DNA from: Hormiphora californensis
Taxonomy: Eukaryota; Animalia; Ctenophora
Direction of reading: 5' to 3'
Assembly (NCBI GenBank): GCA_020137815.1
Contig: CM035359.1
Location: forward strand, 4,526,001 to 4,590,000
Length of the DNA stretch: 64,000 nt
Numbering within the stretch: the first letter of the stretch is position 1; the number at the start of each line of letters is the position of its first letter. This document shows positions 51,392 through 64,000 of the stretch, in pieces. A program made the translations under genes and the position numbers. The notes under the pieces were generated by a model, which worked only from the letters and a program-made list of their open reading frames with translations, was not told where the DNA came from and made no database searches.

Positions 51392-51884
51392 TTACTAAAA
51401 AAGTTATTTTGTTTTAGTGGGTCAGCAGCAGATCTTTTCTTGATCATAGATCGGATCACAGTGACATGACTGCTTGTATATTAGGTCAGTGATCTAATCG
51501 TTGCGAGGATTTTTGCAAAAAGGGATGACTGATTTCACTGCAAATTTCCTAAAATCCATATTAGGACATCTTATACTACTTGAATTAATTTAAAATTTGG
51601 TATACTTATGTAAATATGTTTAAATTAGTATACTACATGTGTTTTAAACCTTCAACTCAAATAATGTGGAGCCCAAAGGCAAAGATGCTAAATGCTCCCT
51701 GGATTTTCGAGTTTTATCAGTATGACAGTCGGATATATGCAAATTTCAAGATAATTGATGAAACTGAACTGTAATTACCGAAGAGTAAAGGTTTGCTCAT
51801 AATTTGCGGAGCCATAGCTGCTTGAAGGGGTAGCTTTTTTTATTGCCCATTTGAGGTAAGATAAACATAATTGTATCTTCTAAA

Positions 51885-52332
51885 ACTAGATCCAAAAACC
51901 AAACAAGTTTGGTGGATAGCCGGGGCCGCAGGAAATTAAAAAACGTGCGAAAGTTTTGATACATGAACTTTCGGGGCCTGGGGTACTGTTAAATTCGCGT
52001 TTCCATGATTATAACCAGTAACATTTTCAAACTATACGCCAGGAAAACTAGTGCAATGATCAAACCATTAATTTATTCCACATTATCATAAATACAGATC
52101 CACACATGTCACATACATTTACTGTGCACAGTTGGTCGTTTCAGAGTCTGTTTTACAGAATAATATTATTCTGATAATAATAGTGTGTTTTGAAAGAACC
52201 GCTGACTATCATGGAAACGCGAATTTAACAGCACCCCAGGCCCCGAAAGTTCATGTATCAAAACTTTCGCACGTTTTTTAATTTCCTGCGGCCCCGGCTA
52301 TCCACCAAACTTGTTTGGTTTTTGGATCTAGT
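51885..52332. mobile_element. Foldback element with ~125-bp near-perfect inverted arms
   Basis: actagatccaaaaacc...ttccatgat mirrored at ~52207-52332. Confidence 0.8.
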
Positions 52333-55054
52333 ATCAGGCATTTTGTTATACTATGACATGCATTTTGTAATAATAAGTACTAACTTAATTTAATAAACGC
52401 GGATTGAGGATTCACAGACTTTTTAAATCGTAGGTACTAGGTAGCCTCATAATCATCGCAGATATATCCAATCTCGGATATCAATCGCGAATAACTAATA
52501 TGATATAGTAATCGCAGACAACCAATCGCGGATATTGGATAACTTATCAGTTATCACGAATCCGTTATAAGTTATCGCGATTAGTTATCGCGATTAGCTA
52601 TTACGATTAGCTATCGCGATTAACTATCTGCGATTAGCTATCCGCGATTGGTTACTATTATATTACTTATTTCGCGACAAGTTATCGTGGTTAGTTATCC
52701 GCAATTGGTTCTCCGCGATTGGTTCCCCGTGATTATTCTATGATTTTGATTATTAGTCACGGTATAATGATCACGGATAAGCATTAATAATCAGATATAT
52801 CTGATAAAATCAGGTTCTAGATACTAATTCGCTCTTTTCTCGGTGGTTTTTAAAATCGTCTTATATTTAAGACAGTCATAACTCTATATATGACCACCAA
52901 TTATAACTGAAAATGCGGCAGTAAACCTAATTTTATAAAATAAATCTGATTCAATGTTAATTCAGACTCTGAATCGCTTCTTTCTAGGTGTTTTATAAAT
53001 CGTCTTAAATTTAAGACAGTCATAATTCTAGATATGACTACCAATTATACCTGAAAATAAAGCAGTTGACCTACGTTGGCAAAATATATATGATAAAATC
53101 ATGATTTATAGTTTAATTTGCTCTTTTCTGGGTTTTTTGAAAATCGTCTTAAATCTTAATACAGTCAGATGCCCGTAACTGAAGAACCGTAACTCGGATT
53201 GGCTTGAAATTTTGAACGTATGTTCAAGATGTCAAGGCAACACCACGTACCAAGCGGCGTATTCGTAAAACGACGGGAATGCCGTCTTAAGCGCCAAACA
53301 AAACTTAAGACAGTCATAACTTTTGTTATGACGGTCCGTTTTCTCTGTCCAAGCTTTAATACAAGGTACACCACTACACCTACCGACTCCCAAAGTTTCA
53401 TGGCGATAGCATTAAAACTGTGGCCTCCATCGTGTACGCAAAAAAGTCGTTACTTTACGGTGGTTCGTGACGCGAAAAACGGACATTTTGTCTAAAATAC
53501 GACCCTCTGTAACGTAAAAACCGTAACTCCGATTCGCATGAAATTTTGAACGTGTGCTCTAGGTGTCAAGGCAACACGAACTACCAAGCGGCAAGTTCGT
53601 AGGACAACGGGAAGGTTGTCTAAAACAAAGTTGAAATTGTACCCTGATATGCTCATATTGTGTGGAGCGGGTGTTATATTCATGGGTCCAAATTATTATT
53701 TTTTACTTCGATACTTTGCGGGTTCAATTCACAAGCAATCAAACTAAAAACGTATGCTAAGTGGTAACAATAACATACCAGTACATATTTTATCACTAAT
53801 TTAATCTTATGACTCAAAATTTGTGGAGCAAAACATGATTTCCCCCTCCATTTTCGCAGTATAAAATATCTACTTGAATATCAACAGAATAAGCTTTATT
53901 TGCATCAAGATAACGTTCATCGGACCATAATATTACAGTAATAATATTGCCTAGTCATGGAACTCAAATTGTGTGGAGCAGTTACACATAAAACCTTGGA
54001 ATACCATCAGTTACTTTGGCCTTGATAAATCGAGTTATATTACAACCAATTGAGTATTTAACCAAATTTTAGCTATAATTTAACCACATATTAGTAATAG
54101 CCTTACTCAAAATCAGGGGAGCAATGATTTTTCTCTCTGAGAATCAGAAATAGAGCATGCCATAAGGTTTTGGGCGAATTTTATGACTGTCTGGACACAA
54201 ATACGGCTCCTTTAGGGGCTCCTCCACACAATTTGAGTAACTTTTTGTGGTTAAAATGGTAAATTGTTGGTGCCCAATTATCTGTACAACTTATTTTCAA
54301 AATCAAGAACCGGTTAAACCGCAACTCAAACGATGTGGAGCAGTTTTTGTCAAAAAATCAGTATTTGCTCCACATATTTTGAGTTAGTATCTTCGAAATA
54401 TACAAGAATCTTGCTCCACTATCATTTTGCTAACTTAATTTACTTATTTCAAGAAGCTACTCCTATTACTTTTTGATTTATTACTCTATTTGGAAGTATA
54501 GCTGCAGATCTTCCGTCGATTAAATTTGGAATAAATTATCGGCTAGGAAAAATCAGCTCCACATAAATTTGAGTAAATGTTTTGATCAAGTTAATGACTT
54601 GAAGAGCTCCTAAAATGTCTCTAGAATCTAATAGTTTATGAATAAAATGTAAAGTAACTTTAAGTAACCCCAAAGAGTAAGATTTGCTACAAAAAATCGA
54701 TGTGCTCCGCACAATTTGAGTTCCTGACTTTTAATTTTTTAAACAGTATAGCTCAGAATAGAAATAATTTTGATTGTATTATTTTACTAAAATTTCAAGG
54801 ACGCGAGGAAGCGATGGTACCGAGGGGTGGGGATAGAGGAAAAGGGATGAAAAAAACATCTTCTCTAGAGGCGGGCCGGCGGCCTCCGTCAGAACACCGA
54901 GGAATTCGCTCCACACGGTTTAAAACGGCTATAACTTTGCTTTTTAGGGAGCAAACAAAATAAGGTTCTAGTTTTCACAGAAATTAGGAGTAAAGCAATT
55001 GTACACCCCCCCCGGTCTTAGAGTACCAGTAATAATACGGAGCATATCTACAAT

Positions 55055-55154
55055 NNNNNNNNNNNNNNNNNNNNNNNNNNNNNNNNNNNNNNNNNNNNNN
55101 NNNNNNNNNNNNNNNNNNNNNNNNNNNNNNNNNNNNNNNNNNNNNNNNNNNNNN
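55055..55154. other. Assembly gap (100 N)
   Basis: Run of N. Confidence 1.
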
Positions 55155-55752
55155 AGAATCCATCTTCCTCCAGTGTCATAAGCAGCCAGAAAAAAAACCC
55201 ACGTATTATAATATATTTGTTCCTCCTCCCTCCATACCTGCATCCGCTTCCTCCCTTTAGAAGCAATTTTGGTGTCGGTCACCGAAAGGATATCGGCCGG
55301 AGACGTCGAAAATGGAAGCTGATCTTGGAGGTGTTGGCATACTCCCCTGGACCCCCCCCCCCCCCCTGGCGACGGTCTTCAATGCCAGATACCAAAATAT
55401 CATAGAACATGAAATAGATGTCAGGCAGTCTGCTCTTTCTAGGTAAATATAATATGTTATCAGACATAAATACGATGGACTCCAATCAGATTGGCGTCAC
55501 ATTTTCAATTCTCCTTCATCCCTCCCTGCGAGGTAGAGAGGAGGAGATAGGAGAGAGAGAGAGAGAGAGATGATATAGAGAGAGAGAGATCTCGAGGATA
55601 TCGATACGCTAGCTATATATAGAGAGAGATCAACCTCTAATCTCTCTGCTCTGCTCGCTAGCTCTCTTCTCTCGCTCTCTCTCTGTCTCTCGCTATCCTC
55701 GCTCTTCTCGCTCTCTCTCCTCTCTCTCGCCTCTCTCTCTTCTTTTTTTTAC

Positions 55753-56470
55753 TCTTTCTCAGGATAGAGATTGCGCAGCAGATCAAAAGCCACCTTGAAC
55801 GCCTGCCCCTGAGAAGTTATATAATACCACCCCCCATTACGCACCCCCCCCCCCCGTCCCCTCACGTCCTCTCCTAGAAGGAACCCCCGATATACCGTGC
55901 AAAATGACTCCCCCCCCCCCCATGGATCCTGGTATATCGGGGTCGGAATGTGATGAAGTATGTATCTCCACAAAACCTCCAGCATTCAAATTTTGGTTTG
56001 GTTTGGTAGTACTACGGTATAGCCACTGAGCAGCAAGCTACTGTCGGCACCGTTATAATAATAATAGGTAATAATATGGAAAGACACGGAGGAAGACTCA
56101 GATGTTCAGTACCATCGTTTTGCCTAGCCTCCGGATATAATAAGAGATTTTGAAAAGTGTAAGGTTTCAGCGTGAGATTGGGAAGAGGGTCAGAACTATG
56201 GAAGGGATTTTGGCTGGCTCTAGATCCCTATATCCTGGGGAGTAGAACGGGATACCGGCCAGTGGTCACGACCGACTGCAGACGACCGTCTGAGCCGACC
56301 GACACGGATACGTGTGTAGGAGCACGTGAAGCAATTAAAGAAAGTATATAGTACTTAATAAACCTAGACATGTAAACATGTAACTTAACAATCATGCTGA
56401 ATAAAAGGGTAATAAGAGCCTTCCCCGAAGGGAAAAGATTGCAGTCATAATGTCTGTACCCGGGTCTGTC
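55753..56470 (-). pseudogene. Possible PTB-domain C-terminal fragment
   Basis: Splicing 56390 to 55808 gives HYDCNLFPSGKALITLLFSMI|GQAFKVAFDLL, resembling the PTB terminal helix. Upstream exons were not found. Confidence 0.3.
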
Positions 56471-56778
56471 CCCCACCCTCTCGATCTCTCAATTCTCAAC
56501 CTCCCTGCTCGATCTCAATTCCCCTACTCAAACTCCCTGCTCAATCTCCAGCTTGGGTATGTATATAAAATATGGTAGATATATATGTATAATTGGTAAT
56601 ATGTAGGGGTATATAGAAATGGGTAGAATATATAGGTATAAAACGGAATGAATAGGTGTATAAAGTATCCTGCCAGAGCCTATAAGGGGAGAGGCTCCAT
56701 TAACACGAGATCCATCACGTGATCGGTGATCCATCAACCATCGGGCTGCTGCTATGATATCTAGATGGTCGTGAAGAG

Positions 56779-57037
<259 letters not shown>

Positions 57038-58388
57038 TTGTCCTTAACCGTTTTATTTTCATCCAGACGTTTCTACGAGATCATTTGGATCGGCCTTCCA
57101 GTCTCTTCGATAATATGTCTCCATTCCGTGAGATTGAAAATACAAGGTATAAAATGCTTTATATGGCAGTAGGAATTAATTAAAAAATAAATACATGCAT
57201 ATTAAGAACAAATTAGCTCAGTTTAGTTCATTGTCACAGTTAGTTACTCATACTTTAGTGATAGTTCATTCTTAAAATGTCCATAACTTATTTATTATTA
57301 CCACCCCTTTCTATTTAGGTACTGGAGTTATCCTTGTATGGGTCACTTTCTTGAGCCTCTACAGTGTAGAGTCTACACCTCCCCCATCCCTTCCCACTCT
57401 GTTCATGTTCACAGTCCGAGATATGAGGCTGCTCCACCCCGAGGGATAGCCGCCAGTCCGCCAGGTATTTTCTACCCCCTCTCTTTAGTACTTCAATTTC
57501 CGTGACGAGGTTTTGCAGTATTTTACTAGCCTTCTATCAGGTTTTCAGGGCCCCTTAGCTGCAGCAGACGCTGTGGTGTACGGATTTTATGTGTGTATTG
57601 AATTCCTTACCTTTGTATGTACACCTAAAATAGTTCTTCCCAGTAAATTCTGCCGCCAAAATCAGGGGCGGGGTGCGCGGGGCGCGCGCAATCTATAGTA
57701 AGTAGATACTCAAACTGTGAGCATTTGTTCGCGCGCATACCACGCTATGCATTTTTCTTATCATGACTACAGCCCCTCCTGCGGAGGGGCTGCTTCGCAG
57801 CCAAGGGCCGCTGATGAAATGTTCCCGTTCGTTGGTCCCTTACCATTCAACTGAAAACATTTTAGAGCAATTTAATTGGTTGTCCAGTTCAATTCAATGT
57901 ATACGATATTTACAGTCGCCCCTAAAAGCCCAGCTTGATAATGTTTACTTTTTAAGCACAAAGCTGTCCCTTCACACAGCTTGAGCAGGAAGTGTTTAAT
58001 TTTCAAGCATGAATTGCTGTATTGCATACTACGTGGTTTAAAAACAATTTCTGAAATTGAACGCGGGGAGGGGGTGCGATATCCCCTGCACAATTTAGCT
58101 CAAGCAATTTAGCTCAGACATCGATGCAGACTGCAGATGACTATTCTCGAAGCGGTGTGAGAGTGAGGTCATTCTGATCACTGTACGTTAGCATTCAGTA
58201 GCCATAACAACAATACAGATTCTACAAAACCATATAATATCACTGCAGTTCAGTATACTGATATAGCTATAGTTTTAATTACCAGCTATAAATGACTACA
58301 TAGCTTGAGTAGATTACCAACTAATTACTATGTATAACTATATAGTTTTAATTACCAGCTAAAACACTAAAAGAAGCTCCACGAGTGT

Positions 58389-61300
58389 TCACAAAGGGAC
58401 CAGAAGGTGTGTGTTGGGTCCTGCTGTAGAGTGGTCCTCCCCTACATCCGTCATTTCCACCGTTGTTGTTATTGTAGGTACCGCTGTGCTGATATCCAAT
58501 GTAGGGTGTCTCTGGTTCATCCCTGGGACTTGGAGCTAGAGAGGGAGGAGAGAGCTGATCTATCTAGGAGCAGGAGTTTGTGATGTAATTGTGAACTGAC
58601 CCATTCTCACGTGCGATATGAGACAGGTCAGCTGTATGGCAGGATTTGCACAGCGGAGATCATGTTGTATAGGAACCGACCGACACAAGTAAACAACCAA
58701 TCAGAACTCGTTATTTAGGTCACGTGACTGGTTATCAGCCAATCATGGACCAGTATTTCCTGATTCGGTCGGTTCCTGTCATGTTGTATTATAGGAATCA
58801 GTAGCGGTTGAGGAATAATGAAGAAGAAATCAGTTAAATTATATAATTCTTGCTCCACGTTTTACAATATATCGAGCACATCACGTTGCAGAGAGGGAAA
58901 GGTGGCTTGATCATGTTTTAGCATCCAAGTTGTTGAGTAATCAGTAGAAGAAGCATTCATGTTTTATGGGGTTTACGGGCGAAGTCATATGATACACAGC
59001 TCAATGCATTTTACTGGCACAATCAACTAACAACAACCATCACAAAAACATAAAAAATCACTTAGATAAGATTTATACTATAGTTCCTATTTAGGTGCCG
59101 GCAGGCACCTCCGACCCGAAGAAAACGGAAAAAACGGAAGAAAAAAAATTTTTGCCCCTGCACCAAATCCAAAAAGTCTTTTTGGGGGGGGGGGGGGGGC
59201 AAAAAACATGTCAACGATTGTGGCCACACCGTTTGAGATATCGACTTGAAATTTTGTAGGCATGTTCTTGTAGTATTCCTTTGTGTCATGACGTTGGCGG
59301 ATTTTTGAATTTTTAATTAATTAATTAATTATAGGTAATTGCGTGTTCTGCCCCCTGCACCGCGCCCCTGCACCAAATTCTATTTTCCGTTCTGCTTAAA
59401 ATATCGACTTGAAACTTTGTAGGAATGTTCTTCAATCATAAAAGATGATGTTCGAAAAGTGGGAATAGTCAAAATTAATTAATTAGTTAGTTAGAGCCGT
59501 GCAAAAAATGAAATTTTGGTGCAAGGGCAGGCAATGTGCAAGGGCAAATGGTGCAGGGGCTGCCCTTGCACCAAAATTGCGTATTTTGTGATCGAACGAC
59601 GAACTGTGTTCACACCGTTCAATATTTTGACACGAAACTTTCTATGCATGTTCTAGTAGCATAACTACGAGTACTAGAAGAGCCGTATGATTAATATATC
59701 AATTAGGTAATTAATTATAGGCAAATTAATTAAAATTTGCCCCTGCACAATTTGTGCAATTTTCCCCTGAACATGTCGTGCCCTTGCACCATATTTCATT
59801 CCCCTGCACTAAATTATATTTTCCGTTCTGCTTAAAATATCGACTTGAAACTTTCTAGGAATGTTCTTCATGCATAAAACATATAATCTACAGAAAGTGG
59901 GAATAGTCAAAATTAATTAATTAATTACTTAGAGCCATGCAAATTTTGGGGTGGCCCCTGCACAATTATTTATTAACGTGGTGAGATTGATTTTGTTCTG
60001 CTCCCACTAACTACAAGGGCATTTCACATTTTGGTGCCATTATTTTTGTCTCTATTTTTAATAGGATTTACAATTTTATTTTGGTATTGGACTAAATGTA
60101 TGGGATTAGATCATTTGAGAAGTAGTGAAGATTTGAAATATGTTAGCAACTTGCCGGTTCGACAAACTAAACCCATATGATTCCAACTTCGGGTCGGACG
60201 AGGGGAAGCTTGCCTTTTGCGAACATATATAATCACAACATTAGTAACTAGTTTAACAGACAATAACGCAACTTACCCCGGTGACAAGAGAAGCTGCGGC
60301 CATGAGCCCTGCCCCGGCGCTTGGTTTGGGCTTCAGGGCCTGACCACACATGTGACAGTGTTGGGCGACAAGGAAGGATTTCCTTCGCTCTTTCCGCGTC
60401 ATGTCCAGTTTCTGAAAGTAGAGGGTTATAGGGAGCACGGAAACAGTGTCAAGCGACTCGAGAGTTTAGGGTGTTTGGTGGGGTTTCGTTAGGGATGAAG
60501 GCTCGACCCCTCATCGCCCTTCAAAAGAGAAAATTGACGAAAGATCGGGTAAAAACACACTTTGGGGTGATCTTTTGCCAATCTGTTAAACACTTTGAAC
60601 ACTTACATTAATCTTATCTTTCTCAAAGACAATTTTGTTTCTCTCCGGGTAGAGGACGACTATCTCAACTTTCTTGGAGAAGACCAGCATGAGAAAGGAA
60701 AAGGCAATGATCTGGGTGGCAATTCCGATACAAAACTTCTGCCAAATACCTGCATAGTGATATGGAACATGGTTTATTACCTAATCATACTACTTACTAA
60801 GCAAATTGTGTGACACATGTCACCTAGCAACTACACTTGCACGTGCAATTATTAGAGCAACTTAGAAACCTCACTCCCAGTTGCAGTTTTGGGTACCAAG
60901 GGCCAATTCAATTCTGCACGTGCATTCTTTTACTTCTGTCCTGATGTCTAGCTCTTCCACCCCAAGCGCTATTCGGCAACAGTCATCTGGGTCCGGAAGA
61001 TCTGCTGCTGTCAGAGAGCAGGCTAGAGAATATGACAGATTACGCCAACGTGTTCAAGCGAGCCAATCAACGGACAACGACTACTTTCATCAACTACAAC
61101 GTAAAACTATTTATTGAGTTTCAGCAAATGTCTATGTAAGAGCCCAAGAGGGCAGCAAGAAAATGGCAAGCTCAGATAATGAAGAAGAAACGCGGATCTG
61201 CCTGCAAGGAACAGATGTAGAAGAGGATGACATCCGATACTGCCAAGAACAAACCGTGGAGTGGGTAAGCGAGATATTGACGCTAACTGAAGGATTTGGT

Positions 61301-64000
61301 GAGATAGATCCGAGTCGAGTGAAGTACGGACCACAGATATTGGAAATCTGGGATGATCTGAAGGTTCCCTCTAGGAACAAACTCAGTGCACTGAACAAGC
61401 CAGTGCTTCTAGATCTAGTTGAGGGTGCCTGCCGTATTCTCATTGAACAGACCTTCCCCGTTGGTGAACAGTTGGCACATATGGGGTATGAAACAACGAT
61501 GATGAGGCAATATCAGAAAGAGCTCAAAATGCATAGTAAAGAGCTTATCGAAACCCAAAGAGCCCTTGTAGCGGCACAAGAGGAACTACTGAAGATCCAG
61601 AGGCAGTTACTCGAAAAGAGAGAGACCGAAATCACCGCTGTTCAAACAACGGCACAGCAGGAACTGAAGAGCTTTGCATCTGTCCTGGAGAAGGAATGTG
61701 CTACTGCCCTGGCTCCTAAGAAGATACAGTCGGCTTTTGTTGCAGCCTCTGATGATCGTGGCTGTAACATCATCATCCATGGTTTGGACGAACTGAATGA
61801 CAAGAGTGATGAGCTTGTAACTCGAGTGAAGTCTATTTTTGCTGAGCTAGATGAGGCTCCGTTAGTGAGGTCGTTAGAGCGCTTGGGAAAGCAGTCTCAA
61901 ACTGCCAGACCGGTGAAAGTTGTGCTTCGAAACAGGGACGCTCAGAAGTCGATTCTGTCGAAGAAATCCCAGCTTAGAGGGACTGAAAAGTATGATAAAG
62001 TGTACATTTCCCCGGATCGAACACCGGAGGAAAGAAATGTAAGGAAACAGTTGGTAGATCGGCTGAAACAAATGGCTAAGAGGTATCCTGACAAACACTA
62101 CATAATCCGTGGGAATGAGGTGGTTGAGGGTACCTGATTTGAATATTGTGGGAGTGCCGATGGGGTATGCTAGAGTATAAAACAGTGTGTAACACGAACT
62201 TTTATCTACAGTGATAGACTATTAACTCAATCTCGATTTAAGGAAGCCGCTTTAGAAAGTTCTTAACTATCCATAAAGGTTTATCTTTTTGTAAGTGTTA
62301 GTTTGTAATATATATTACAAACTAACACTTACAAAAATGTGCTAAAAAGCGGGATAATAAGTGTTAATTGATGATGATGATGATGATAGCTTTACCCAAC
62401 GTCGCCCAAGGGTGATCACTCCAGTCGAACACAGAAATCTCCGAATCGGCTACATAGCGGCGAAGTTTTCACGTGATGAGTTTCTGGAACAGCACTGCAC
62501 CTCCATGACATTGATCTCTTAAATTCGCACCTTGACATTGTCAGGAAGCCCAGAGCGTACAGTACAACATGGGTAGGGAAAAAGTGAGAGATAGGCTAGG
62601 AACGGATGGTGCATGTGATGTCAGCGTTCCCTAATCCAGCTACCATTTCCCCGAAATTCGCCCGTAGGGCGAACGGGCCTACTAGTACTAAATATACATT
62701 TTTCGGGTATGGAACAACTTTGTCTAAAATACATGGTGTGTACAAATCAATGAATGGTTTTGTAATACAACATTTGTATCTCATTCGATTTATTCGACCC
62801 TATAAATCATATATCGTATCACATCTCACCGGCTGTAACGAAATAAGATGGAACAAATGCAATCAGGACAATGATCGCAATAATCTGTGCAAAACAAATG
62901 TATCGAGCTTCCTGGAAGTTGGATGGAAGTTTCCGAACTTGGTAGCTGAGAACTGTACTGAGCACCATGAAACACATTACATATCCAACGGGTGCGGACA
63001 GGGCTATTATTGTGTCTTGTTCCGTGGCACCGGAACACACTACCAGCACTGACCTGAAGGGAGTGATATTGTTTTGTTCAAACATGGGGTCGAGCAAGGC
63101 AAATGGGGGACGGGTTTTCATGGGGCGATCAATCAGGGGAGAAGGTCAATTTTTCTTTATTTTACTTAGTTTGGAAAATACAAACACATCACTCACCCTG
63201 AGATGCTGTAATCAGTTTTCTGTTTGAGAGGGTAGAAAATGATGATAAACATCAGAATCATCATTTGGAGAAAAACCAGCACCATACACAACATACTCTG
63301 CCATACAGGGAGGAGGTATCTTGGGGGCCTGCCAGCGCTGCTTTTAGACTGGGAAACAATGTTAGGGACAGTGTTAGGGACAATGTTAGGGACAATGTTA
63401 GGGACAATGTTAGGGACAATGTTAGGGACTATGTTAGGAACTATGTTAGGAACAATGTTAGGGACAATGTTAGGGACAATGTTAGGGACAATGTTAGGGA
63501 CAATGTTAGGGCAATGTTAGGCCAGCTCTGCTCTTCGAAAAAAATAAATTATTTTGATTCAGGGCTAACTCATCAAGTTCCCTTGAGTCAATGAACTTCA
63601 CACATCCATTCAAGGGCGACTCGACCTACTTGAAAGAAGAGCGCATAGACCCGGGCTGTTTTTAGGAATATAGGTACAATGGTCATCGTACCAAACAGGT
63701 TCCCGCTCACCAGCTGCAACTGAAACAATATTGTTCCATTAATAATAATTAATTAACTGGATAATTTACTGGAATATAAATCACAAAATCTGAGATAGAC
63801 TACTGAGGTTTCAAAACTGGGTCTCCGGTGTAGCCATACATATTTGAACGTAGTAAATTAAATAGGGGAAAACAGTCGTGCCTAAACCTGAGGTTCAGCT
63901 GCACGACTGTTTTCCTCCATTACATGCAGGAACTGAATCTTCTGATGTCTTACCAAACAGAGGGAGTCTGTAGGAAGACCTATTGAGAGGAATGAAGAAA
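58389..64000 (-). CDS. Class C GPCR (metabotropic glutamate receptor-like), 7TM and C-tail; 5' part lies outside the window
   Basis: Exons 64000-63954, 63719-63630 (FLKTARVYALFFQ, TM3), 63348-63197 (TM4), 63053-62830 (RKLPSNFQEARYICF), 60749-60607 (VFSKKVEIVVLYPERN, TM7), 60411-60277 and a tentative last exon 58535-58389. Confidence 0.85.
58670..58778. mobile_element. MITE, same family as 3432-3540
   Basis: TIR aggaaccgaccga / tcggtcggttcct; tcatgttgta duplicated on both sides. Confidence 0.85.
59089..60217 (-). mobile_element. Helentron/DINE-1-like non-autonomous element
   Basis: Hairpin aggtgccggcaggcacct; subterminal IRs tccgacccgaag / cttcgggtcgga; repeated atatcgacttgaaa blocks. Confidence 0.7.
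61163..62137 (+). mobile_element. Intact LINE ORF1-like gene (324 aa) without ORF2, in an mGluR intron
   Basis: Coiled coil, RGCNIIIHGLDE, RLGK..RPVKV, VYISPDRTPEER; followed by ~230 bp and a (GAT)n tail at 62369-62387. Confidence 0.8.
63357..63520. repeat. 12-bp minisatellite (caatgttaggga) ~13 copies next to an mGluR acceptor
   Basis: Direct repeats; contains TTAGGG (CCCTAAC on the gene strand). Confidence 0.92.

Noticed and set aside
57068-57470. Possible plus-strand exons
   Set aside because: Splice sites are plausible, but there is no recognisable protein or consistent model.
63239-63594. MLGT / VRDN repeat ORFs
   Set aside because: 12-bp minisatellite in an mGluR intron.

Overview
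Repeat-rich, intron-containing animal genomic DNA with one 100-N gap at 55055-55154. It is most likely ctenophore (Pleurobrachia-like). This is inferred from an LDLa-GPCR with the 'HFYGNDGVCVFKY' loop, intronless 'ILxxNxGS' GPCRs and an 'FDLESTPLQIKT' domain. Exons were spliced by hand using GT-AG sites and phase checks. Genes found: three divergent tetraspanins (one cut by the window edge); a 4-exon gene for a 126-aa secreted protein with 14 mature-region Cys, which the ORF track essentially misses; two intronless rhodopsin-like GPCRs (one with three lesions, nested in a tetraspanin intron; one with a single frameshift); a 12-exon CHST15-like Golgi sulfotransferase; an actin pseudogene; a ~1028-aa LDLa-repeat GPCR; and the 3' half of a class C (mGluR-like) GPCR. 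Mobile DNA includes several MITE families (Tc1/pogo-like, piggyBac-like with CTAA duplications, hAT, Harbinger-like), Helentron/DINE-1-like elements, a tRNA-derived SINE and two LINE-ORF1-only elements. A recurring oddity is tandem amplification of splice donors, acceptors and branch points. No database searches were run, so family names rest on motif recognition.
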